Shown here piece by piece: positions 1-8,649 of a stretch of DNA of 64,000 nucleotides (position 1 is its first letter; each line of letters begins with the position of its first letter). The stretch is from contig JBFWNU010000001.1 of the NCBI GenBank assembly GCA_050250895.1, positions 3,840,149-3,904,148 of the forward strand, read 5' to 3'. Source of the DNA: Vulcanimicrobiota bacterium (lineage in GTDB: Bacteria > Vulcanimicrobiota > Xenobia > Xenobiales > JADMJV01). The notes under the pieces are model-generated. The model saw only the letters and a program-made list of their open reading frames with translations. It searched no databases and was not told where the DNA came from. The position numbers and the translations under genes are program-made.

Positions 1-2
1 TT

Positions 3-18
3 TGTGAAGTTGCTCACA
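3..18. promoter_or_regulatory. CRP/FNR-family binding site upstream of the A2M-like gene
   Basis: Perfect TGTGA-N6-TCACA (tgtga agttgc tcaca) ending 57 nt before the ATG at 76, in an AT-rich stretch. Confidence 0.6.
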
Positions 19-75
19 ATGTTTTATGTAGTGTTGGCCTAAGCTGAGTTCAATAAACTCAGGGAGGGTGAACCG

Positions 76-3000
76 ATGGATTATTTGCAGGGCAAAGGCT
101 TTGTCTTTCTTTCCAGGGATACGATCGAGCGCGAGGTTCCCTGGCTGACCCCCGACGACTACACCATTTCGACCTTCGAAGACGCACCCATTCTGCTGCC
201 TGGGCTCGAACTCCAGCCCACCTCCCTGCCCGAACCGAAGCTGGCGGTGGTGACCAGCGATAAAGCTCTCTATCGGCAAGACGACGACAAGGTGCATCTC
301 TTTGTCTATGACCCGCTGGCGGCTGGCCTGCAAACCCAGCTGTGGGTGCGCCAGGCCTCGACGGTGGTGCGTAAACTGACGGTGGGATTCGACCGCTACG
401 GCGCAGGGGCGGCGGTACTGGCGGGCCTGCCGGCCGGAAGATACTCGGTGGGTTGGGAGTGGGACGAGCGGGGGGGCTGCAACTTCGAGGTCGCTGGCTA
501 CCAACTCGCGCCGCTGGTGGCTAGCCTCGAGCAACTGCAACGCCACCAGAACCTGGTCGACCTGGAGTTGCAGGTGGAGAGCTTCGGCCAACCGGTCGAG
601 GGGGGCATGTGGGTCGAACTGGTCGAGGCCGGCCGGCCCGTCCGTCGGGGCTACGCGGTGGCTCGGGATGGGTGTTTGCGGGTTCGCCTCGAACTCGACG
701 GCGAGGGGCCTTATAGCCTCAATCTCCAGCGAGCCTCGGAAGGCAGTCAGACGGCCACCGTGCCGCTGGTGGGCAGCACCCGGCGAGAGCGGGAAGAGAC
801 GATTCTCTCGACCCTGGGCGGGATCTGGAGCGGCTCGCTGATGCCGGGCCAGGACAGTCACTGCGTGCGCGGTCTCTATCTGCGCGAGCTGGGTCGAGCC
901 GAGGAAGCCTTTTGTCTCGAGCGAGTGGATGGCCGGAGAGTTCGGCTGATTGCCCAGACTGCGGCTCGCCAGCTGAGGGTGGTGGTGCTCGACCCGCTGG
1001 CGGTGCCTGGAGGAGAGCCTGGACCCCAACCTGATCTTAGCCAGGCCTGGAGGCTGGCCGGAGAGCAACGCTGGAAGGCAGCCCTGGAAGCGCTCCGGGG
1101 GCATTTCCATCCCGCCGCAGCCGCCCTGGAGGCGCGTTGCCGTTTGGCCCGGGGCGACCGCGATGGGGCTCAGGCCGCCGTTCGACGAGCCTTGCGCGGC
1201 GGCTATCGACGCCGCGACCTCGAGGATTTGAGCCAGTGCCTCTGGGTGGGCCAGCGAAGTATGCTGGTGAAATCGGTGCAGGCAGGGCAGGTCATCGAAT
1301 TGGAAGTGCCGGCCCCGATGGGCGTGGTGGCCCTGGGAGCCTTTCTTGACGACGGACCGTGGGAAGGTTGGGCAACTACGCTGGCGCCGCCTGCGGCTCA
1401 GGCCGACCTCACGCTGCCGCACCACTGTCAGGCCGGAGAAACGATGACCATCGAACTCGACCGACCGGCTGACAGCCGTCTCTATGTGGTGGTCAAGGAC
1501 CTGCGGCTGGGCTCTGAGAGCCACCCTGAGGCCAGGCTGGGCGGGCGCATTCTAGACTATGCTCGCTTGCTCGGCTCGCAGACCCGCACCGGCTCGGTGC
1601 GACCCCAGCAAACCTGCGCCTTCGGGGGCTTCTCGCCCGCCCACACCGAGCAGGCCCTCGAGAGCCTGGCCGGGGAGGGTGTAATCTCTCGGGCTCAGCT
1701 GCGCGAGATTCGGCAACGGATGCAGTGGGCCGGTCTTAGCCTGTTCGAGGCGGCCTCCCAGGCCGGTCTCGAGTGGGGACGGCTGGCTGCTCACCTCTGC
1801 GGGTTGGAATACCTCGAGACGATCGAGCCGGATAGCGAGATGGCGCAGTTGCTGCCCGAGCATCTAGCCCGTCGCTACCGGGTCTTTCCCCTCAGTCATT
1901 CCGATAATCTGCTGCGCGTGGCCATGGTCGATCCCAGGGATATTCTGGCCCTCGACGATATTCGAGTGATCACCGGCTTTGAACTCGAGCCCGTGGTCGC
2001 CTCACTAGAAGCTATTCACGCGGCCCTCGACCAGAGCTATGGGGTCACCGACCTGGTCGAGATCGAGGAAACCGTCAAGGACATCAGCGCTCTCGACTTC
2101 GGCTGCCTGGAGTTCGACGACCTGCACGAGGCCATAGCCCTCGACCGACTGGCGGGGCCGCGCTACCTGACCGCAAACGTGGCCGACGAGCCAGCCACCA
2201 AGGCCGAGGTCCTGTTTGCGGGTTGGGTCGAAGAGGCGCAGTTGCAGCTGCTCTTGCCCTCGGTCCCGGCTCAATTCGAGGTCCAGGCCTTGCTGGTCCG
2301 GCCCGATGACTGGAGCTTTCAACGCCTCACCTTCAGTTCGACCCGCCCCGTCCAGGCGCACCTGCAGTTGCCTCAATTCGTACATCCCGACGATCAGGTG
2401 GTCGGCTGGCTGGCGGTGGTAGCGGGCACCGGGCCCTTTCGGGTTTTGCTCGAGCGCGACGGAGTCGAGGTGGCCCTCGAACACCAGGTGGTGGACCTGG
2501 GCGCCAAGCTTCTCTTTCCGGCTTACCCCGGAGCCTACCTGGCTCGCGTCGAGTCGATCCCGACCGGGCTCGGGGACCTGGTCCGGGGTCGGGTCGAGCT
2601 ACCGGGCCAGGTGTCAGGTCTGCGTCGGACCATCGCCTGGCTGGGCCAGGGCGAAAGCCTCGACCGGGGCGACGACCCGGAGATCGTCAGCCTGCACCGG
2701 CTCGACAGTATTGCCGGTCCGATGGGCCGGTTGGCCCGGGCGACCAGCGACTACACCCATCTTTGTTGCGAGCAGACGGCCGCCAAGATTCTGGCTGCGG
2801 CCGCTCTCTGGAGCCTGGCCGATGGCTCGAACCGCACTCAGTATGAAGCTGTCATACGGGCCGGCCTCGAGCGCGAGCAGCGCATGCACCGACCGGGAAT
2901 GGGCTTTGCCCTCTATCCCGAGTGTGGCCGGCACGACAGCTTCTGGGGACCGAAAGCAGCCCTGTATCTACGCCAATTGAGCCTGTTGGATGCGCCTGAA

Positions 3001-4356
3001 CTAGGGCCTCTGGTTGAGCAGGCGGTGGCCATGGCCGACGACGTGTTGAGAGCCTCCAATCTCGCCTGGCCCCCTCCGAGTAAAGACCCTCAGACGACCT
3101 ATCTGCAGGCTCGCTTTGGTCAATCCACTCTGGAAGCCCTCGGCGCGGCTCGTCACGGCTTCCAGGCTGATGGGGCGGTCGCAAAGCGCCTGGCAGCTGC
3201 CTACCGGGCCGCGATTTTGTTGCGGCTGGGCGGTCCCTCGGATCGGGCCGCGGCCATGGTCCTGGCTGGCGAAGTGCTGAGTCAACTCGGTGAGGACGGT
3301 CGCCTCTATTCGACTTGCGATTCGATCGCGGCCCTGGCCTTGATGAGTGAAATGCGCCAGGCGACCCCCACCGGCAAGGGTGAGTATCGACTGATTGGCG
3401 AGGCCGATGATCCCGATCGTCTCGAGGTCCTTGACGGCGATGTTCTGGTTGAGGTTACGCGCCGTTTTCGCCAGGACTGGTCCGAGCTCTCGGGTTCGGT
3501 GGCACTCGAGGCGGTGCTGTCCACCGCCAGGCCGGCGGTGGGTCAAGCTCTCGAACTCGAGCTGAGCTTGCCCGCCGGCTATATAGCCGGCGACCTTGCC
3601 CATATCTGCCTCCCGGACTGTCTGGCGCGCGTCAGCGGCGGCGGCCAGATTCGGTCCTTCTCGCTTGACTTCGAGGGCCGGTCGAAGGTGACCGTTTCTC
3701 TGCAAGCCATTCATCCCACCGGTGGCCGTGAGCAACGTTTGCTGGTGTGTCTGCGCAACATGTTCGAGGAAGAGCGGGTGGGCCTGCCAGCGCCGTTGCT
3801 GGTGGCCGTGGCCCAGGTCCAGCCGGGAGAGGCCTCCCTGACGCTACCGCTCGAACTGTGCCGGTTGGACCTGACGGCCGAGGCCGCAGCGGTCGAAGGA
3901 CCCGCCTTGCGAGATTTCGTGGCCCAACTGCAAGAAGAGGCCCGGCGTCGGGGCGCGACCTCGTTGTTGCTGGATTGGTCCGAGCCAGGATTGGCTCGCC
4001 TACGACTGCGTCTCGCCGGCAAGATGGTCGAGCTGATGCAGCTGCCCGAGGCGGTGGCCGACGGTCTGGCCAGCCAGCTGGCCGAAGCCGGCGCTACCCT
4101 GACGCCCAGTGCCCTGGGAATGATCGCCAGCCTCGAGTTTGTCTCATCGGTCTCGCGGCTGGAATGGGTCCGGGCTCTGGCTCAGGTGGCCGCCGCTCTC
4201 GAGGGGGATGGGTCGCTCGACCTCGAGCGCTTACACAAGGCCCGTCCGAGCCAGCCCAATCCGAAGGTCGATCAGCTCTTCGCCATGCTGGCCGGCCCTG
4301 AGCCGGCAGCCGACGAGGTGCGACGGCTGATGTTCGAGCTGGTGGGCGAGCGTTAG
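76..4356 (+). CDS. Alpha-2-macroglobulin-like thioester protein with inserted PilB/GspE N-terminal (MshEN/T2SSE_N) domain
   Basis: MG2-like N-terminus (DKALYRQDDDKVHLFVYD), LQLPQFVHPDD A2M segment, CCEQT thioester motif at 2764-2778, GFALYP..SFWG thioester-domain motif, ICLPDCL..; LLPEHLARRYRVFPL...VAMVDPRDILALDDI is T2SSE_N; SD AGGGAGG. Confidence 0.75.
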   Translation: MDYLQGKGFVFLSRDTIEREVPWLTPDDYTISTFEDAPILLPGLELQPTSLPEPKLAVVTSDKALYRQDDDKVHLFVYDPLAAGLQTQLWVRQASTVVRKLTVGFDRYGAGAAVLAGLPAGRYSVGWEWDERGGCNFEVAGYQLAPLVASLEQLQRHQNLVDLELQVESFGQPVEGGMWVELVEAGRPVRRGYAVARDGCLRVRLELDGEGPYSLNLQRASEGSQTATVPLVGSTRREREETILSTLGGIWSGSLMPGQDSHCVRGLYLRELGRAEEAFCLERVDGRRVRLIAQTAARQLRVVVLDPLAVPGGEPGPQPDLSQAWRLAGEQRWKAALEALRGHFHPAAAALEARCRLARGDRDGAQAAVRRALRGGYRRRDLEDLSQCLWVGQRSMLVKSVQAGQVIELEVPAPMGVVALGAFLDDGPWEGWATTLAPPAAQADLTLPHHCQAGETMTIELDRPADSRLYVVVKDLRLGSESHPEARLGGRILDYARLLGSQTRTGSVRPQQTCAFGGFSPAHTEQALESLAGEGVISRAQLREIRQRMQWAGLSLFEAASQAGLEWGRLAAHLCGLEYLETIEPDSEMAQLLPEHLARRYRVFPLSHSDNLLRVAMVDPRDILALDDIRVITGFELEPVVASLEAIHAALDQSYGVTDLVEIEETVKDISALDFGCLEFDDLHEAIALDRLAGPRYLTANVADEPATKAEVLFAGWVEEAQLQLLLPSVPAQFEVQALLVRPDDWSFQRLTFSSTRPVQAHLQLPQFVHPDDQVVGWLAVVAGTGPFRVLLERDGVEVALEHQVVDLGAKLLFPAYPGAYLARVESIPTGLGDLVRGRVELPGQVSGLRRTIAWLGQGESLDRGDDPEIVSLHRLDSIAGPMGRLARATSDYTHLCCEQTAAKILAAAALWSLADGSNRTQYEAVIRAGLEREQRMHRPGMGFALYPECGRHDSFWGPKAALYLRQLSLLDAPELGPLVEQAVAMADDVLRASNLAWPPPSKDPQTTYLQARFGQSTLEALGAARHGFQADGAVAKRLAAAYRAAILLRLGGPSDRAAAMVLAGEVLSQLGEDGRLYSTCDSIAALALMSEMRQATPTGKGEYRLIGEADDPDRLEVLDGDVLVEVTRRFRQDWSELSGSVALEAVLSTARPAVGQALELELSLPAGYIAGDLAHICLPDCLARVSGGGQIRSFSLDFEGRSKVTVSLQAIHPTGGREQRLLVCLRNMFEEERVGLPAPLLVAVAQVQPGEASLTLPLELCRLDLTAEAAAVEGPALRDFVAQLQEEARRRGATSLLLDWSEPGLARLRLRLAGKMVELMQLPEAVADGLASQLAEAGATLTPSALGMIASLEFVSSVSRLEWVRALAQVAAALEGDGSLDLERLHKARPSQPNPKVDQLFAMLAGPEPAADEVRRLMFELVGER

Positions 4357-5768
4357 GGCCCGGTCACTGGTTCGACCACCACATCCCGTGGGCTGGTGCC
4401 CACGGGAAAGGGCGAGCCGGTGATCTCGGTCAGGGTGGCGGCGTCGAAGACAGTCAGGTTATTGGTACTGTTGTTGACGATCAGGATGTGGTCGGCGGTT
4501 TCGTCGTAGGCGATGGCATAGGCCGAGCCGGCGGTGGGAAAGGTTCCTACCACGCTCATGTCGGTGGCGTCGAAGACGGTGAAGCTGTTGTTGGTGAAGT
4601 TGGCCGTATAGATGCGATCGTGCACACTGTCGACAGCCACCGAGATGATGCGTCCCACTCCGGCAAAAGGAGAGCCGGGGATGGCCGTCAGGGTCGCAGC
4701 GTCGAAGACCGCCACCGTCGAAGAGGTGTCGTTGGTGATGTAGACGCGATTGCGCACCGGGTCATACTCGATGCCGTCGGCGAAGCTGCCGCCGGTAGGA
4801 AAGCTGCCTACCAGGGCCAGACTATTGGCGTCAAAGGCTTGAAAGTTGCCCGTGCCGCTATTGTTGCTGATGTAGACGCGGTTGTTGTTGCCGTCGAAAG
4901 CCAATTCGCCCGCTCGCGTAGCGGTGACCGGAGAGCCGGTCAACTCGGTCAGTCCGGTGGCGTCATAGGCGTGGAGATGATTGGTGAACAGCGAGCTGAC
5001 GTAGACCAGATCGCCGGCTTCGTTATAGACCACATCGGCAGGAAGCGAAAAGGCCCCGGTGGGAGCGCCGGCCACCGGAGTGAGGGTGGCCAGATCGATA
5101 CCGGTGAATTGACCGCTACCGTTGAGGGTGACGAACACGCGCTGGTGAGTGACGTCATAAGACAACCCGAAGGGGCCGCTGCCGGCGCCCAGAGAGAGTG
5201 GCGAGCCAGTCAGGGGCGTATAGTCGCCGGCCGACAGGATGGTCAGATCGTCGGAGCCTTCGTTGCTGACGATCACCCGCCGGCCCGTTGGGGGCGGAGT
5301 CGGACTCATGGTGGGACTGGGTTCCGGTGAGGGGCTGGGCGAAGGAGAGCCGTCGAAAGAGGCAGTCACCAGGGTGGTCTGGCCAGCCAGGACGTTGACC
5401 GTTGTCTCGAAGGTGCCGATGGGGGAGGTGCCGCTATCGAAGGCCAGCACCTGGATCAGGCGCAGGCCCGGCGGGATACCGCCGATGCGAACCGGGCCGC
5501 TCTGCTCGAGGGTGACCACGGTTTGCCCGACCACCGCCAGACGAGTCTGAGGATCGAGCACGTCGATGGTCACTCGCTGCACCCCGGTGGTGGCCAGCAA
5601 GAGGTCCTCGACCCGGGCCACCCCGCTCTCCAGGTCGACCCGCAGGGTGATCGAACCGCTGCTGCCGCCGGGTCCGGGGCCTTCGGAACCGGTGCCTCCG
5701 GGCGCCGAACCGCCCCCTCCTCCGCAGCCCGCCAATAATAACAAAAGAATGGCCAGGAATCTTCGCAT
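4353..5768 (-). CDS. Lipoprotein with YVTN/YncE-type beta-propeller
   Basis: MRRFLAILLLLLAG-C lipobox (start moved to ATG 5768), Pro/Ser linker, repeated RVYxxNxxsxxVxVFDA blades. Confidence 0.85.
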   Translation of the reverse strand: MRRFLAILLLLLAGCGGGGGSAPGGTGSEGPGPGGSSGSITLRVDLESGVARVEDLLLATTGVQRVTIDVLDPQTRLAVVGQTVVTLEQSGPVRIGGIPPGLRLIQVLAFDSGTSPIGTFETTVNVLAGQTTLVTASFDGSPSPSPSPEPSPTMSPTPPPTGRRVIVSNEGSDDLTILSAGDYTPLTGSPLSLGAGSGPFGLSYDVTHQRVFVTLNGSGQFTGIDLATLTPVAGAPTGAFSLPADVVYNEAGDLVYVSSLFTNHLHAYDATGLTELTGSPVTATRAGELAFDGNNNRVYISNNSGTGNFQAFDANSLALVGSFPTGGSFADGIEYDPVRNRVYITNDTSSTVAVFDAATLTAIPGSPFAGVGRIISVAVDSVHDRIYTANFTNNSFTVFDATDMSVVGTFPTAGSAYAIAYDETADHILIVNNSTNNLTVFDAATLTEITGSPFPVGTSPRDVVVEPVTGP

Positions 5769-5857
5769 CGACTTCACTCCAGTCCGAGATTCGAGGCGGC
5801 TTCGGTCGCAGGAACTGTCTCCCTCCGCGGGAATTTCAGGTTTCTGACGGTATTTTC

Positions 5858-6703
5858 GTGAAGGTCTTCTATTCACCATACCAGAGCGTGGCCTCGAACC
5901 ACTCGTTTAGTCCCAGTGCCGGCAAGCCGGCCCTGCTGGTGGAGCAGTGGCGGCGACGCTGGCCTAGCCTCGACCTGGTCGAACCCAGGCCCGTCACCGT
6001 CGACGAGCTTTGCCTGGCCCATCAGCGGGAGTATGTCGAGGACGTGCTGGCCTGCCGACGGCCCAACGGCTTCGGTAACGAGTCGCCAGAGGTGGCCCGC
6101 TCCTTGCCGTGGACGACCGGTTCGTTGGTATCGGCAGCCCGCCACGTCGTGGCTAACGGGGGGGCGGCCTGCTCGCCGACCAGCGGCTTTCATCATGCCG
6201 GCTATCGGTGGGGCAGTGGCTTTTGCACTTTCAACGGGCTGATGGTGGCCGCCTTGCTGGCTCGCCCGGTCGACGGCATCGTAGGTATCCTCGATTGCGA
6301 CTTTCACTATGGCAACGGCACCGACGACATCCTGGCCGAACTCGGTGTCGAGTTCGTGCGCCACTTTACTACCGGTGGGATGCGTAGCCTGCGCGATCCT
6401 GACTATTTTCTCGACGAGTTGCCCGGGCTATTGGCTTCGATGGAAGCCGGCCTGCTCATCTATCAGGCCGGGGCCGATGCCCATCTCGACGACCCGTTGG
6501 GCGGCTGGATGACCACCGAGCAACTGCGCCGGCGCGACCGGGTGGTGTTCGAGTTCTGCGCCCGGAACAGGGTGCCGGTGGTATGGAACCTGGCCGGCGG
6601 TTACCAATCCGACATCCAGAAGGTGCTCGATTTGCACCACGCCACCATGGAAGAGTGCCTCAGGGCTTTTCCTCCGGCAGCTACCACGCCCCAGCTGCAT
6701 TAG
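5858..6703 (+). CDS. Histone deacetylase family protein
   Basis: SGFHHA, GFCTFN, DCDFHYGNGT, YQAGADAHLDDPLG, LAGGY motifs. Confidence 0.93.
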   Translation: MKVFYSPYQSVASNHSFSPSAGKPALLVEQWRRRWPSLDLVEPRPVTVDELCLAHQREYVEDVLACRRPNGFGNESPEVARSLPWTTGSLVSAARHVVANGGAACSPTSGFHHAGYRWGSGFCTFNGLMVAALLARPVDGIVGILDCDFHYGNGTDDILAELGVEFVRHFTTGGMRSLRDPDYFLDELPGLLASMEAGLLIYQAGADAHLDDPLGGWMTTEQLRRRDRVVFEFCARNRVPVVWNLAGGYQSDIQKVLDLHHATMEECLRAFPPAATTPQLH

Positions 6704-6704
6704 T

Positions 6705-7451
6705 TCAGCGGCCGCCGCCCAACTCGAGGAAGCTGCCGGTGGTGTAGGACGACTTGTCGGACAAAAGCCAGAGGATGGCTTCGGCCACCTCTTCGGGTTG
6801 GCCACCCCGGCCCATCGGCAGACCCGAGGCGACCCGGTCGACCCGCCCTGGTTCGCCCCCGTCGGCGTGGATGTCGGTATAGATAAAGCCGGGCCGGACC
6901 GCGTTGACGCGAATGCCCTGGCCGGCCACCTCCAGGGCCAGACCCCGGGTCATGGTGTCGAGGGCCCCCTTCGAGGCGGCATAATCGACATACTCCCCGG
7001 CCGAGCCCAGTCGAGCCGCTACCGACGAGACGTTGACGATGGCTCCGCCCCGACCCCCGCGACTGGTGGCCATGCGCCGCACGGCCTCGCGGGCGCACAC
7101 GAAGCTGCCGATGACGTTGGTGGTCATGATCCGCTGGAGTCGTTCGAAGGTCAGGTCCTCGACCCGGCACTGACGCTCGAGGATGCCAGCGTTATTGACC
7201 AACCCCGTCAGCCTTCCCAACTCGCGGTCGACGGTTTCGAACATCGCCATCACCTCAGCCTCCACCGACACGTCGGCTTGAACCGTGATGGCTCGACCAC
7301 CTTTCCCTCGAATCGCTCGGGCCGCCGCCTCAGCCGCCTCGGCCTGGGTCCGATAGTTGATAGCCACGGCATAGCCGTTCTCAGCGGCCAGCCGAGCAGT
7401 AGCCGCGCCAATTCCTCGGCTGGCCCCGGTGATGAGCACGATCTTGTCCAT
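6705..7451 (-). CDS. SDR family oxidoreductase (YgfF-like)
   Basis: TGASRGIG, NNAG, YAASK; start at MDKIV (7451) or 7490. Confidence 0.93.
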   Translation of the reverse strand: MDKIVLITGASRGIGAATARLAAENGYAVAINYRTQAEAAEAAARAIRGKGGRAITVQADVSVEAEVMAMFETVDRELGRLTGLVNNAGILERQCRVEDLTFERLQRIMTTNVIGSFVCAREAVRRMATSRGGRGGAIVNVSSVAARLGSAGEYVDYAASKGALDTMTRGLALEVAGQGIRVNAVRPGFIYTDIHADGGEPGRVDRVASGLPMGRGGQPEEVAEAILWLLSDKSSYTTGSFLELGGGR

Positions 7452-7545
7452 GGCCGGGCCGTTCGCGGCCGCATTTGAGGATTCTTTCATGACCTTGCCA
7501 TAGGCTAGCAACGGTTCACCGTGCCGTCTATTTCCAGGAGGATAG

Positions 7546-8649
7546 ATGGTAGTCAAGCCCTGCATTTCCACACCCGTGTTTCGCCCTGCGCCGAGTCAGC
7601 CGGCCCCCGAGCAGGCGCCCGAGCCAGACGATCGTTTCGATCAAGGCAGCGAGTTGGGCAATCTTTCCAAATACGGCGTGGGCGGTCTGGTAGGCGTGGG
7701 CATCACCCTGCCCGCCATCTACGCCGGGGTGGTCGGCGGAGCCTTGCTCGGCTCGGCCTTCGGCGCCGGGTTGGGGCCGGCTGTGTCCTCGGTGACGACC
7801 CACGGCGCCCTCGGCTTCCTGCAGGGCGTGTGGACTTCTACCAGTCTGGCCGCTAAAGCCGGCATGTTCATCGGCGGATTTGGTGGTCTGGTGGGTGGTT
7901 TCAAGCTGGGGGCCGAACTCGGCGACGCTATCGGCCGGGTGACCGGCGCCACCCCCTCAGAACGGCGCCGCCATCGCAAGCTCGATCGTCTGACCGGTCC
8001 GCTCACCACCTTCGTAACCGGAGTCGGCGCTGGTTCGGGCTTCTTGGGAGGGAGCCTGATCGGAGCCGGTTTAGGGGCCACCGGAAGTTTCATCGCAGGC
8101 GGGTTCGACATCTCCCTGGCTGCCCTGCACGGCCCCGCCTTGATCGGTGCCGGGGTAGGGGCGACGGTGGGCACCCTGGCCGGTGCCGCCGGCAGCTACG
8201 AACTGACCCGCACCGTGGTAGACTTGGTAGCGGCTGCTGGCGAGAAGGGCGAGACCACCGCCCGCCAGCACGACCTGGCCGGCTACGTCAAGACCCACCC
8301 GGTGCGCAGTCTGATGACCGTTGCCGGTGCGGTCACCGGAGCAGCCGTCAGCCTGGGCAACGCCTCCTCTGCCTCCGGCGCGTTTATGGGCAGCGGGGCT
8401 CAGGTGCTTGGCTTCTTGCACGGGGGTAAGGCGGCCATCGATCTGTATGCCTCTTTAGACGCGAGTACGATGTATGCCGACCCCAGCATCTCGCGGGCCT
8501 GTTTGGTTCGTGGATTAGGCGAAGCCCTGACCTCGACGGGTTTGCTCATTTCTGGCTCGGTGTCACCGGTGCTCTCGCTGGGCTGCCTGGGGGCCGGCCT
8601 GGCCACCACCATCGTGACCGACGTGGTCTATCCAAAGAATCCCTACTAG
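7546..8649 (+). CDS. Glycine-zipper-rich membrane protein with Pro-rich leader
   Basis: SD AGGAGG; repeated GxxxG hydrophobic segments; no Sec signal. Confidence 0.7.
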   Translation: MVVKPCISTPVFRPAPSQPAPEQAPEPDDRFDQGSELGNLSKYGVGGLVGVGITLPAIYAGVVGGALLGSAFGAGLGPAVSSVTTHGALGFLQGVWTSTSLAAKAGMFIGGFGGLVGGFKLGAELGDAIGRVTGATPSERRRHRKLDRLTGPLTTFVTGVGAGSGFLGGSLIGAGLGATGSFIAGGFDISLAALHGPALIGAGVGATVGTLAGAAGSYELTRTVVDLVAAAGEKGETTARQHDLAGYVKTHPVRSLMTVAGAVTGAAVSLGNASSASGAFMGSGAQVLGFLHGGKAAIDLYASLDASTMYADPSISRACLVRGLGEALTSTGLLISGSVSPVLSLGCLGAGLATTIVTDVVYPKNPY

